Shown: positions 12,431 through 25,872 of the stretch, piece by piece
How positions within the stretch are numbered: position 1 is the stretch's first letter
How the letters are laid out: every line of letters begins with the position of its first letter
NCBI GenBank assembly: GCA_002189035.1
Contig: NEEC01000013.1
Location: forward strand, 806,001-870,000
Source: Utricularia gibba
Lineage: Eukaryota > Plantae > Magnoliophyta
Reading direction: 5' to 3'
Length of the DNA: 64,000 nucleotides
The notes under the pieces: model-generated
What the model was told of the DNA's origin: nothing
What the model saw: only the letters and a program-made list of their open reading frames with translations
The model's database searches: none
Position numbers and translations under genes: made by a program

Positions 12431-13924
12431 TATTACTAGTAAAAAAACAAGTAAAACCATCAACAACGGTATGTACAAAAACAAACATATAGTGATTCTC
12501 TTGAATCTAAGTTTGCTCATCCCCTATTAGCTCGAATATAGGCATCATTCTTACTATGAAATCATGAGTAGAACTATCTATAATCTCACTTATAGCAGTT
12601 CAATCAAAGGAGCCACCGAAAAGTCAAACCACTGTAAGAATAAGTCTTTGCTACCTTGAGTGACTTTCGTTACTTTGCTACTGCCTCATCTCTGTGGCCA
12701 ACCAAATCTACTGAAATGGTGCCTCAGACATGTATAAATCTTTAGCATGCCTTGGCAAAGCCAAGTTTCCAAGAGTACATGTCTGTACTACCTTGTCTCT
12801 TACATGTAAACAAAACAACACATAAAGCAATTCATACATATAGCGAAAACAAATGTATATCTTTCAGTAAACTTGCTCAAAAATCATGAATCATGTATCA
12901 TTTCAAAAACAATAAGATAGCTTTCATTCAAAAATAAAAACACATAAAACATAGGTCTCAATAAAAAGATAAGAATTTTTGATTGGAAGTCGAAATGTGT
13001 CATATGTTTTACTAAAATGATGTTGAGGTATCTAAAATTGATACATATTCACCAAACTCCATCTTTCTCTAAGGCCAATAAAACAGAAGAGGAGAATATT
13101 GTTTTATTAGGATATATAAACGAAATTGTTAAGGGTTTTTCAATGATTTTCTCATACTATTTTTTGGTAAGTAGCATTTTGGTACCATTCCTGAAAGTAA
13201 CATTATTGCATGATCAACATTTCTTCTTGGTGGGAAGCTAGTTGACTCCTTAAAAACACAAAAAATTCTTGAGAATAACAGCAATGTATTGGTAGGGTGA
13301 GACATTCAATTCTTGAGTATGAAAGTCATAAAATTATCCCAATATACATAAGATGGTAGATATTGCTATTTTTTAGACTAATAATATTTAAGAAGTTATG
13401 AAAGACGTAAAAGTAATTATTGCCCATTCTTCCTGCCAATGGATCATGTGCGCTAAAGAATTTCCTCCAACACCATGTCATGATTTATGAGAAAATCAAA
13501 AGCATAAATTATGGATGGATTCCCATTTTTCAACATAAGTTATAGTAAATAATAATTGATGATTTCTTTTATAGAATAACAAAGTAGGTCACAAGTAAGA
13601 GATTTTTGGATGATAAAAACATCATATTCTTCTAGATAATGACAAACATTATCTGTTTTCTTGATTTTTCAAAATTTGGCAAAATGAAAGAGAAAAGATA
13701 GGGAAGCTATCCTGTTTCAATAGAGAGGTTCCTGGATACCCATTTGATAAGTTATTTTATGTTGTTCCAAAACATGCTCTTCCATTACTCTTGAGTGTTG
13801 TTTTTACTTATCTTAGACTCCACTTTCTCATTATTCTCAATTGATTTTGCATCTTTCACACTACTTTGATCTTTTTGGAGAGAAAGTGTATTTTATGGAT
13901 TTTTAGGGTACTTTTGAATCAATT

Positions 13925-14892
13925 TGATGAGAAATCAAGACCCACCAAATTATGAACTTGATGGGCCACGAATCTCAACCCAAGACTCGGTCAAACAATG
14001 AAGATTTGGTCCAAGATTCGTTGATATGATAGAGATATGAAGAAGATCTTCGAAGATTTGAATAAAATATTTGGATAGAAGATCTTATCCAAGCCCATCG
14101 AATAAGCTCAATACGAAGACTTGGATCTACTCTCCTATAAATACCTCACTCTCTCAACCATTAGGGACGTCTTTGACCACTTTTACTTTGAATCTTTCCT
14201 ATTTTCGTGTCTATTTTCATGTTTGAGTCGAGTCTGCGCGTGTAGGCGCTTGCGGCTGAAGATCTGTGGTGAAGCCTTGCTTGCGCAAGTCGTGCGCGTG
14301 TGACTGTTTTACTATGTTTTTCGACACTTAAATTGAGGTTTGATTCTGTTTTTCGCAACGTTTTCTTTACCAACGTGCTCTTTAGTACCATATAACCCTA
14401 AGGGAGTGTGGGAGAATCAATGGTTGGCCTCAAGTACGTAAGGAGAAGGGCTCAATCGAACATAGTTGGTAAGACACATTCTGTCTAATCTGTCTGCGAG
14501 GTGTGAGGTGTAGGGGTTAGATTTGGGTGTGGGGAAAACATGGGTTATCACAAGAGGTGAAATGGCTATGGTGGCATGGTTGATTCCATAATCCCACAAA
14601 ACAAGGGACGGTGCTATAACGGTTACCGAGTAGCACTACTTTAGAATAACACCCCCAAAGCTTGCGCAAGTAGGTCAGTTTTCAAGGTTTGCACACACAC
14701 AAGGACGAGTTTCAAGTAGGTGGATCTTAAATCCAATGCCACTTTCCTTATTGTTTTCAAAACCAAATCTTTCTTTTGTTTTGAGTCTTTTTAAGTCTTT
14801 GTTTTGAAAAAAAATTTCAATAACAATTCTCTGTGGATACGATCTTATTTTATTACTTCGACGGTTTCTGTGCACTTGCAGAATCATCATCA
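13925..14892 (+). mobile_element. Probable solo LTR (gypsy-type)
   Basis: TG...CA ends (tgatgagaaatc ... catcatca), internal ctataaata TATA box, 3' ttattacttcgacggtttctgtgcacttgc motif, near-TSD caatt/ccatt (1 mismatch). Confidence 0.65.
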
Positions 14893-15920
14893 CCATTCAT
14901 CTGTAACCCTTGTAAAACTCACTAGGCATAGTTGGACACTTGGTTGGCAAAATAGAAGTATTAAGTGATGTAGCGTAATCAACCCCAACCCCGAGGATTT
15001 GTTCTATCATTTAGAGTAGAAGATTGATATAACCAATCAAGTGAGGAATGAAACAAGTTTACTATAGCTTTGGTCTGAGGTAGTTAGTGGATGGTTGGCT
15101 TGGTCATCCTCATAATTCATAGGTGGTATTGGTAGTGTTGAAACCCCTAATCCTAAATAAGAAAATTGAGATTTTGGAATAGTGCTAACATTGAGTTTGA
15201 TCAGATGATTGGTTCGTCTTTCCAATAATCATTGAGTTGAGCTAAACCAAGATGTTGGTGATGCATTGGAGCTGCTGTCGCCAGATATCATTATCTATTG
15301 CCTTCTTCTTTCCATGGTTAGTGTCAAGATGGGAAACCATTCCATCTTAGTATTTCTAGGATAGCTTAGCTTGGGTGATAATAGGATAGCTTTGTTGCAG
15401 CTCAAGGAATAAAGAGAAAAATAAAATTGAAGAAAAGTGAATAAGAGAAGGTTAATAACAAGAATTTAGAGTTGATTTTATAATAAAAGAGTCAACAGTC
15501 ATCTATTCTACAAAATCTATTTTTACTCTAAATATTTTTTTTTTCAATTGCCATGCTTTTTTTTTAACTTGATTGACCTTGAATTTGATAAAATGTCTCA
15601 ACTTCCTCTTTTCTTTCTATGTTAATGTTATTTCTTCTTTGGATTTCATCATTGTCCATGTTCTTTACATAATTTTCTTGTGCTGTTGCAGGATTGAGAT
15701 TAATTAGGTTAAGTGATGATACATACATGTGCCTTGGTTCTCCGGATGATAACAGGTAGTAGTGGGGCTTCTAGCTTTTCATTGGATGGAGGGATTGTGA
15801 GTCAGCTCTTCAGCTGACGAGTACGAGTGCATTCCGATCGCCATTGCAGTTTACACAAAGTAAATGAAGGAGTGAAACCTGAACCTCACAGAGAAGCACC
15901 TTTGGTTCTGTCTGTGGGAT

Positions 15921-15938
15921 CTCTCTCTCTCTCTCTCT
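15921..15938. repeat. (CT)9 microsatellite just downstream of the RopGAP stop
   Basis: Read directly from the sequence. Confidence 0.9.
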
Positions 15939-16044
15939 TTCTCTATGTTGGGGAATGCAAATCTGAAGAAGATCGATCAGTCCACCCCATTCAGTGACGG
16001 ACGGGCTGTTCGACTGACAATTTACAACAACATGAAAATCTTTC

Positions 16045-19000
16045 TTAGCTCCATGAGGGAGAAGAAGGCTTCAACACAAACTCCTGGGGGATTGCCCCGT
16101 AGTTCAGATCCAGACTATGCAGCTGCTCCATCAACTGCGATCTCCTTTCCTTGAAAAAATCCAGGCGCGTCGTCAGCTCCACCAAAGTAGACGATGCGGC
16201 CGATGGACGCTGAGGATAATCCATCACCATCACCTGTGGGCAGGGCATACTCTTCGCTGACCAACAGTTTCCCTTCCACCATATAAGTAGTACACGTCAC
16301 GATGCATTCATTTCATACCTCGGCCACCCGAGAAGTAGAGGGTGCAGAATTGACACAGCGGACTCCATCCTCCCCTAAACTCGTACATGCTACCGTGCTT
16401 TTGGTGTCACTCAAGCTTGTAGACGCTTCACTTGACTGCTTCTCAGGAAGGAACCTGCGTCTGTTGATGGAGGTAAGCAAATTCACCTTGGTGCTTCTCA
16501 GATGTGTCCCTGACAACTCCTGAGGCATAACCAACAAGGATGAGTGAGTGACCAGGCTTCGCTGGTTACAACAGCAGAGTAGCTGAAGAAGAAAGACAGA
16601 GAAAACTTCCACCTCTGTCCTTTGTTTGCGTTCGTGGTTACAGACAGCAAGTGTAGTATCAAAATCATGCTGCTGCAAATACTTCCTGCATTCAGATTGA
16701 TGACATTTTAATACATGGAAAAACAACGAAGGATATCACAGAACCCAGTGTAGAAAAAATGCGGTAAAAAAGATGCACTAGCTCAGATAGAAGGCAGCAA
16801 AATGAAGCTCACTGGTGAGAACTTGGATTTGCTGCGATCTGACGCTGATAACAAGCATCAGATAAGGAGCTGTGGTGGTGCTGACGCTGCTTATTTAGCT
16901 GTTGGTGGAGCTCAGCCACTTTCTGCTTCAGTCTGGCGACATCAGCTTCAGCTAGAGCTATTTCCTTGAGCTCAGCCCTTGTCTTCGCAAAAAAATTTAA
17001 AACATGTTCAGCACTGTAACTGATTTGGATTCAGTACGAAACAAAATGCGTTGACTGAAAGAAAACCTTGAAATCCATAGCATGGGATCCCGATATTTGC
17101 TGGGAAGACATGCTCAAGCCGACCTCCAAAGCAGCACGCAGATCTCTCTCGGCTTGTAGCTGTTCTTGTAATCTTGCTACCTGCTGATTGAAGCCACGTT
17201 AATAAAGAAAGCCAGAAGATTCTGGGAACCTGTTCTTCTGGCAGCTGATAAACATAGAAAAAAAAAATACACAGTAATGACAAAAACTATGCTACTTCTA
17301 GATGCCAAACGAACACTCACGTCCTGTTCAAGAGCCAAACGCCGCTCATGCAAAGCTTGCTTCCTTCTCTCCAGGCTAGTTTGCAGAATTGCATTCCCCC
17401 TTGCCTAAATAAAATGATGCAGGATTACCAAACATTGTCTCATGACACGAAGGAAAGCGCATTTCATAACTCCAAGAATCACCTCTTTTGCAATTCGATG
17501 ACGCAAATCATTCTTTACAGTCTCCAGTCTCTGGATGGCAAGCCTACAAGAAACCGTTGCACTTTCATTTATGGAAAATGTTTCAAGGAAAGAAATGTAG
17601 GATAGATTTTCACTATCAAGTGCTGGGTAGTGGCTTGCAGTTATGAGGTTATTAAAAGGCAATCGCTAGAGTAACTGAGGTGGTGATAAAAATTTCTGTG
17701 TGCTCATCGGAGACTACAGAGGCCCTTTTTTTCAGAAAACATTGCACTTCAAATCAGACAGTACAGAGCAGCATGTTGAAATGATCTTACTCGTCTTCAC
17801 CAGAAGAATCAGTTGGCTCACCAGCACCTTTTCTTGACTGCAGTAATACGAAAATCACTAACTTTTGTTCCAAGGGAAGATAATTAAATACTGGAAAAGT
17901 AAGACTAATGCGGATAGCACATTGATAGACCGAATGAAGACATTGGAGCAAAACTCACGTTATTCCGCCCCCAAACTGTGGATCCTTTGGCACTATCCAT
18001 ATTGACATTTGAGACCTTGAGCATCGAATTCTCCCCCAGTAGCTCAGTTCTAGGAACTGACGGATGCAGCACCTGGTTCATAGACAAAAAAAGTTGGCCC
18101 ATTGAATGATGCGACCCAAAACCCTCTACTTCAGCTGAAGGATCTGTTCCATTTTCATACACCTTAGTAGCTACAACACTTGATTCAGAGAGAACTCCAG
18201 AGTCTAAGTTTGTGTTCAAAAGAAGCAGTTTTGTACAGGTGAATGAGCACCCGAGTTATCATTACGCAAGTGCGGGACGTACAAGAAGGCATAAGAGGCA
18301 GATTTGGTAATCATTACCAAAAAAACAAAGAATAGTTCGCAAGTTCCTAAAAATTGCATTGAATAATGCAGGAAGATAGATGGAACCTTAAAAGCATAAA
18401 GATCTGCTGGGGGTGAACCACTGCTTTCACTAAAGTTTCCACTGTGCCTGCGATCACAGTGGAGATCTGATTCGACATCAGCTCCATTTTGAACATCATG
18501 ATAGCCATCGCGTTGAATTACATGATTCTCATCGTCACTTGTAAGCTCACTTCCAGAGGGATCATTTCTTGAACCCATGGAAATGGAAAAACTTTGCACG
18601 CTGTCAACCTGTAAAGAAACCATATTTAAAGAAAAAAAAAGCATTCTAGATGTTTATCAATAGGATGGATTACCATATTTCATTAAAATAAAAAATGATC
18701 ACGATGCTTGAATCTATGTGCTGACCAGAAGTTAGACTTACATCAAAAATATTATTATACTCTTCCAGGAGTGTGGTGATAATTGCCTGGGCAAGATTAG
18801 CAGCATTGGCAGCAGCAAGAAGCTGTGCAGAACAATCTCCATTGGCCTCGTACTCATCCTCTAATTCACATTCACCAGCTAACAAAGGGCGCAGCAGCAA
18901 TGGAGCCATACAAGCAGCAACGGCCAATGATGTCATCCGATTTTCCGATGAATGAGAACATATTGCATGCATCATCTTCAGAAGTCTAGGAATTGACATC

Positions 19001-21700
19001 AACTAAGTGCATAAATATCTTGTCAAGAACTTGTTTTAAGCAGCCCAAAAAAGTTCCTATACCTCTTTAAGAGGCGCCTATTAGGTTCTGGAAAGGCTTC
19101 CTGTATTGTGGATCGCAATGCATTCACTTGAGCTTCTTTTTGATCAATTTCTTACCAAAGAAAACACAATAAAAAAACATCATGAAGAATAAAGAAACTC
19201 TATGAAATTACAGCTAGATAAACAACATGAAATTCAAGACATACTGTATGCCTCCAACAATGCAGTGCAGCAAGATGCAGGAACAGGAGATGATGGCAGC
19301 TCTCGAAGAACATGCTGGACAATGTGAAACCAAACAGGAGACAAAGGTCAAATCAGATGACAGAAAAAAAAAATTGAGATTTCACTAGACCTTAACACAA
19401 TCTCCAACGACATGAGCATCCTCATCCGTGTCAAACTCGATCCTGCCTACAGTCCAGTAAATTTCAAAATTGGTAAAAAGATATAGAGGGAATAAGAGAA
19501 CAAAAAAGTCGATGATGATATAGCATATAAAGATATGACTGTTAACTGGTCAAATCGTGCACATTTCCCACTAGTTCATTACTTTATGATATATTCCAAT
19601 TACTACTCCAGTAGTGATTTGTAAAACTGCAGATCATCAAATGTAATATTCATTCATTTACCCCACCACAGACTTCAATTGCAAGTGAAAATAACAGAAT
19701 CAATTCTCCAGTGCAGATATCAAACACAAAGAAGACCAATAAAAAAAGTATCTGGACAAGAATTCAGCAAACCAATAAAAAAAGAACACCTTGTTCATAT
19801 TCAAGAACTCTTCGATCCACTTCCTCAACATCAGCAGCCTGCCGAAGAATTCCTTCTACTTTGATACCTGACATGAATTTAGTCAATAAAATATTAGACT
19901 AACAACAATTGGTGTTAGTATTCTAGTCATGAGGACTAAGACTTCATTAGCTACTTAAGCCACAGATGGCTAACCCTGCGTCTCAAGAAATTGAAGTGCT
20001 TTCTCAAGGAAGGATGGGCCTCCATCTATATCTTCCAACGCAAGCAGAATTGGACGCCCAACAACTGAAGACTTAATGAATTGCTTGTCTCTCCCTGAAC
20101 GAACAAACAGGAGATCAGAATTTTTTCAGATATAACGCTTCAGTAGATGTTGGGGGGATTATCTCATAGTGACAACTAATAGACTTATCAAAGTTACATT
20201 GATAGAAAGTGCCTTCAGTATTCGCATCACTTCTGAATATCCCATTGTGCTCCATAATAAGAGCAGCATTTGGTGCTTGTGCAAGAGCATTTTCCAGTGC
20301 TATCTTCCATTCATTCAACTCCTCCGATGTTTCAGCCTGAAATGAAACCTAATTGCATGAGACTAAGAGGAATATAAAACAGTGTGACCTACATAGACGG
20401 ATAGAGCAAAAATCATCCATGCATTTTTCACCTTAAGAGTAAAGGCTCGCCCATCCCGTCCATCAGGGAACAAAACAGTTAACAGTTTTCTGTCTTCTCT
20501 AATGACAACCCTGCACAGAAAACGAACTGAAATCATTGCCAGACACATAAACCGCTGCTACAAAGGGACAATTTATTTAATACCTTCCGGAATTATTTAA
20601 ATCAATGCCACCTAAAGTCAAATTGACTTCACCGCCATGTTGAGGAATTGCACTCTGTACAACTCGCATATGCAAATTCACAATGGTAAACAGGATCAAC
20701 TAACATCACAACGAGTCTTATCCTGGGTAATAGAACAGCGGGATCTAAAGGCCTGTGCAAATGAAAATACAAGTAGGGCTGGCTAACCGGGTCATTCTTG
20801 AAGAAAACCAAGGAGGTACGCGTGAGGATAAACCATCGCTTTTTCCATGACTTCCAACCAAGACCTGGAAGAAGCTTAGAAGCTAAAAAAACGTCCATGC
20901 TATGAACACAATAAGAGCTGAGCCACATAAAATAATGTGGACCAAACTGCTGATTTAACCAAAACACTCATATACAGATTCATTACATCTCACTTAGAGC
21001 ACCATCTTGTTGCCTAGTAACAAAGATGTCGAACCATTTAGTTCAATATTATTGAAGATAAATGACTGCAATTGATAAGTCACAAATGGACGATCTTAGC
21101 ACAAACTAGGGAATGTATCTTCACATAGGAAGATCCACGAAATACATGAATAGCAAAACATAAAGAAAAAAATCAAAGAGAATTTTCATTTCCAGATTTA
21201 TGAAGAAAGGGAAAACAAAGCAAGAACTAAATCAAACGGTCTGATAGCAAGAGTTTTAGTCTAAAAACAATCAATAATCATTGCCTCATAAGCAGGAATC
21301 GTTGTCTGAAGTGCTGTTGGAGATGGGAACCATATTAAAAAAAGAGCTGCACCCAAGTAACGCAGTCAGAAACCACTAACCTTTTGATGAGATGAGGAGA
21401 TGGCCGCTCTTGAAAATCTAGATGTGGATAACAAGATAGAAACATCAAGCAGAAGACAAGAAAAATGAGAAAAAACACTCAAGTGGAACTTCATCTATCA
21501 CTACAAACTTGTTGATAAAAAAGGAAGGAATTTTAGCCTTAAAACTCACGACTAGAAAAACCCCCGCCCCCATCTCAGCCCATCACAATAGCCAACACCC
21601 ACAAACTACTAGAGCAAAATAAACACAAGGATTCTTCAGAAAATACCGTATTCGAGTTCCCTCCACGAGGACACTCAAATGACGCAAGAGAAGACGTCAT
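16045..21700 (-). CDS. PHGAP: PH-domain Rho/ROP GTPase-activating protein (REN/PHGAP, ROPGAP6/7-like), multi-exon
   Basis: Exons give MTSSLASFECPRGG, IFKSGHLLISSKG, LGWKSWKKRWFILTRTSLVFFKNDP (PH domain), GIKVEGILRQAADVEEV and HVLRELPSSPVPASCC (RhoGAP domain), a coiled coil (LQARKQALHERRLALEQD) and C-terminal ...PSSPSWS*. Exons checked have GT-AG boundaries; not every junction was verified. Confidence 0.93.
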
Positions 21701-22921
21701 TTTCCCACTTTACACCGGAATCAACATCTCAACTGGTTAACTCCCGCCAACGCCGGATCACCAAAAAAAAAAATAAAATAAAGCAGAAGATTCCAAGAAG
21801 ATCTGGGTAAATGCGGACTATCTGCAACACTTTGGTTGGAGGGCTTGCTCCCCCTCTTCCACCCTTTTTCTTTTCTTTCAGGGAAACATGGATAGATGTC
21901 GCAAAAAAGAGCTACAATCTCATCAGCCGAGGCCAGCTAGCATCCGCCACAAACCTATCTTGATTGCTGCTTCGTGATTGCAATGCGAATGCGAGTGATA
22001 CGTGTTTGGAGTGAAGAAGGAACAGCTTTTGATGGAAGTGGAAGTCATGACGTCGTTACCAGTTTGGGAGAGGTGTATTAATCCATGGCTCCTCTTCTTC
22101 GTCCATGTGTGCTTGCTTTTTACCTAACTCCTGTTCCCCATCTGAAGCATTTTTTTACCGCTGTCAATGAATTCACCTCCGGTCAATGGATTCAACGTTT
22201 GTCCTGTGTGCCACCAGCACCAGGTCAGATTATCAGCAACTGGCAACTGCTCTATAACTAACATTTATTGCAACCTCCCTGCTTTTAAAAAAATCAATTA
22301 ACCTACATTTTCTCACAAAACTTAACCTATGTTTGCTAAAATACAAAATCAGGGAATTATAAAATTATAGTATATTTTCTTTAATCATATTCATTAGAAA
22401 CCTTTTATTTTATATTAATTTTATTAATTATATTTTTTAAAAAATTTATACATCAAATATAATTTTATTTTAAAAATATATTTATAAAATATTTAGATGT
22501 CATTTGATATTAGTATATTAGTATGTTTAAATATAATATAATTGGATATGTATATAATCAATTATAAAGTATATAAGAAGTTATATATTTGATATATAAG
22601 AATAGAGGTTTGAGGTATAAAATCGAAAAGAGTGTTTCATATATTAAAAAAAAAAACATAATAGCTAGGGTTTGAGAGAAGAATATTTTTTTTTGAAGGG
22701 ATATAATGAGAAAATATGTTCTGGTATATGTATTAACCCTCCTCTCTTTGTGAATATTATTCATATGTTCAAAAAATGAACATATAATTTATATAATAAT
22801 ACAAAACTAAACTATATATATTAGTTAATCAAACAACAGTTTGTATGTAAGCTTAAATATAAATTTTTTATGTTATATTATCAAACTCTAGTATAGTCAA
22901 CACGATTTTAAATTAATATTA

Positions 22922-22948
<27 letters not shown>
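22922..22948. repeat. (AT)n microsatellite
   Basis: About 13 perfect AT units. Confidence 0.9.
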
Positions 22949-22955
<7 letters not shown>

Positions 22956-24971
22956 TATATCATTAATTAAATTATGCATTTTCCATTACTACTTTCAATT
23001 TGTGGTAAACATCGACATGTTTAGACCTCTCGGCAAGCTCAAAAAGGTGAGCACATTTAGATAGTTTTCTTTTTTTTAGCAATTAAAAATTACATGGTTG
23101 ATTATACAGTTCCACACATGAATACTTTTTTTTTTTTAGGAATAGAGAATTTTCCTTCAAATTGAAATTTGCAAAATTGTGGATGTTGTAAAAATAAAGA
23201 ATTATTTAAAATGATATGATGAAAATTTTCGTTGTCTACATTGATCATGGGATGGACACTTTGATTTTGATTTCATTAAGGGCCTTGTATTCATTCATTT
23301 GTTTGTACATCGGAATATTGCCATATATTCATTCTAGTTGTTTAAAATCGTAATAATAATCGAATGTGTAAAGTGTTTTTTTGGTATATATTATCGAATA
23401 ATAGTTGGTTTTTATAATTGAAAAAAATCAATCTAAAAGCACCCAAGTTAATGGATGAAAGTCGTGGTCACCAAGATTTGTTTTGGACACCTCTAAGTGC
23501 TCCCCACAGTTGTGGCCGTGGTCCAGAGGCTCCCTGGGCCTTTCTTTCCATTGCTCTTTACTCCTGACGAGCAATGGATTCCTGTGGTGTAGTAAAATTG
23601 TTTGTCTTTTGCGAGAACGACGATCAGCAAAGAGAACAATAAAATGTGAAACAGTGGAGGGAGATCTGAAGAACAATCCAAGGGGACAGCAAAGAGATGT
23701 GTGTAAGAATGGCACCTTCTGAAAAACACCACCATGTGGTCCAGAAGAGGCTGGTTCAGCGCCAACTCATGCTGCAGACTGGTATGGTCGACTTCCAGTG
23801 AACAGCAATGGAGAAGACAAAGATTCCATGTTGTGGGTCTTTGATTCTACTAAGACACAAGGCATTGTGGCATCAAAGCGGTCGCATTAATCATATACCT
23901 CATTTTGTGCTTGAGATGGAGATGCACACCTTGATCTGAATCCTCTGGATTCCTTGGTATTCGCGTTATACCACCTTGCTGTTGCTGTAAAAGGAAGGCT
24001 CCATTCATGTCAGTGCACATAACAAGACTGCGCCAATTAAATAAAGATGACTGAATCAGATGTGTTTTTTTGTCATCAGGTGTTTATGTATCTACACCAG
24101 AGAAGTGCTCATAAGGGCTCTTGGTTGTGTCGGTATAGTAAGTCGATGTGAACGAACCTCAATCCCTTTGCACTGATGGAAACAAGATTCTTGTAAAACG
24201 CATGGTGGCCATAGCAGCTGTAATAGCTCCATTGACATGATTAGCAAAAGGAATCCAGAACATGAAGCTAATAAAAAGAAATGAAGTGGTACCATCCCCT
24301 AGCATATGACTAGGCTGAAATTTAATGCAGTGGTCATGATGCATGGATACTTCTCTCCAACACAAGAGACACAGCGTCTGCTCTACAGATCTAACCAGTA
24401 TGCTTTTAAATTGTGCAAAGCATGTGCAATAAAAGATAACAGAAACTGCGATGCAAACAGAACTCCTTGAAGGGCAACAAATTCCAACTCAAAATTACTT
24501 AGTTATTCACATCACATGATAACCTTTGAACAACGTTGGATGATTTAACTACATGATTCATTAAAAAACCAATGCTACATGATAATGCATTGATCACTCA
24601 CATATTTTGTAGAGGGGAAAGACAAAGGGCATGATGTGCTAAGATATGCTTTGATCATTCACATCTATCAAAAACCAATGCTACATGATTCTGCCAAAAG
24701 CAACTAACTCAACAAGGTTGTAAACTCACCCTACTGAAACTTCTCACAATCTTGTAAGTATCCTGCGATTCGTTTAAGGTACAACACCTTGGCATTTAAC
24801 ACACCAGCATTTGTCATGACATAGCGAGCAAGAACAGCATAAAAACCACGAAATTCATTGAAATTCAGCGAAAAAGTTCAAATCTTGGCGTCACGAGGCA
24901 CCTAAACATGATCGCAAACATCTTAATACAAGTCCTAAAAGCCTTCGTCTCAGACGTTCCCTTCAGTAGTA

Positions 24972-25352
24972 CTACTTATCTTTGGAAGCAGGGGTCCCGA
25001 TACCATACTTCTCCTGCAGTTTCTGAATCTCCTCCTCCTTCTTCTGGTCAAATTTCTTCCCCATCTTCGCCTGCTGATAATACAAAACAATCAAGTATCT
25101 ATTCGCCACGTTGAACCCCGAGAGATGATCTACAGCCGTCTTAGCATCGTAGATATCCTCGTAAACCACGAAGGCGGTGCCACGCGTGTCCTTGTTCGTA
25201 CCGATACGTATCTGCCTGATAGCGCCGTATTTCCCAAAAATATCATACATCTCTTCGCTGGTTATGTTGAACGGAAGATTCCTCACGTAGAGAACCCTAT
25301 TCACCTCAGGCGGAAGACGAGTGTTACCCTTGCGGAGGCCGATCGCGGCCAT
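24972..25352 (-). CDS. SF3B6: Splicing factor 3B subunit 6 (SF3b p14, branch-site RRM protein), intronless CDS
   Basis: [40 protein letters not shown]...[38 protein letters not shown] is the conserved p14 sequence. Confidence 0.97.
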   Translation of the reverse strand: MAAIGLRKGNTRLPPEVNRVLYVRNLPFNITSEEMYDIFGKYGAIRQIRIGTNKDTRGTAFVVYEDIYDAKTAVDHLSGFNVANRYLIVLYYQQAKMGKKFDQKKEEEIQKLQEKYGIGTPASKDK

Positions 25353-25872
25353 CGTCGGAAGATTCGCGCTTCTAGGTTTACTTTTCTAGTTCTTTTTCCT
25401 AACTGCAGCGTCTTGTTCCCCGATTTTGGGCGCCTCTTAATTTTGCCCAAGAAAATAAATACTTTATTAGAACACACAGAAGCCATGAGACATTACAAAA
25501 GATGCAAACCGGAGGCCGGAGCTCGCCGCCATGCTTGACCGGAAAAGTGCTACTTCTTTAGGCGATGAAGGGATGGATGTTACGATGCTTGCTAATGAGA
25601 TGATCCACAATGACAAGACAAAGCAGCTGGACAGAACCTACATTTTTCCTTCAGAAGCAGGCGCTTCGATGGAAACCAATCATTTCAAAAGAAACTCAGC
25701 TGCAAAACTCGTCTCATTCGATTAATCCAGATGACAATCTAAAATGCCATCGCTGCTCTGTTCTACTGCAACACTCTGTAAGCTGCACCAGGAAAGCATG
25801 CAGAAGATAGCAGCAAGCAGATAATGATGCTCAATAATTCTGGGCATGCATCATCCAAGATGGCAAAAAATG

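Noticed and set aside
12430-13920. Possible LTR/LINE remnants
   Set aside because: No diagnostic motif or boundaries could be supported.
23428-24365. Short minus-strand ORFs as CLT/CPK genes expected from recalled Arabidopsis synteny
   Set aside because: No frame resembles those families.
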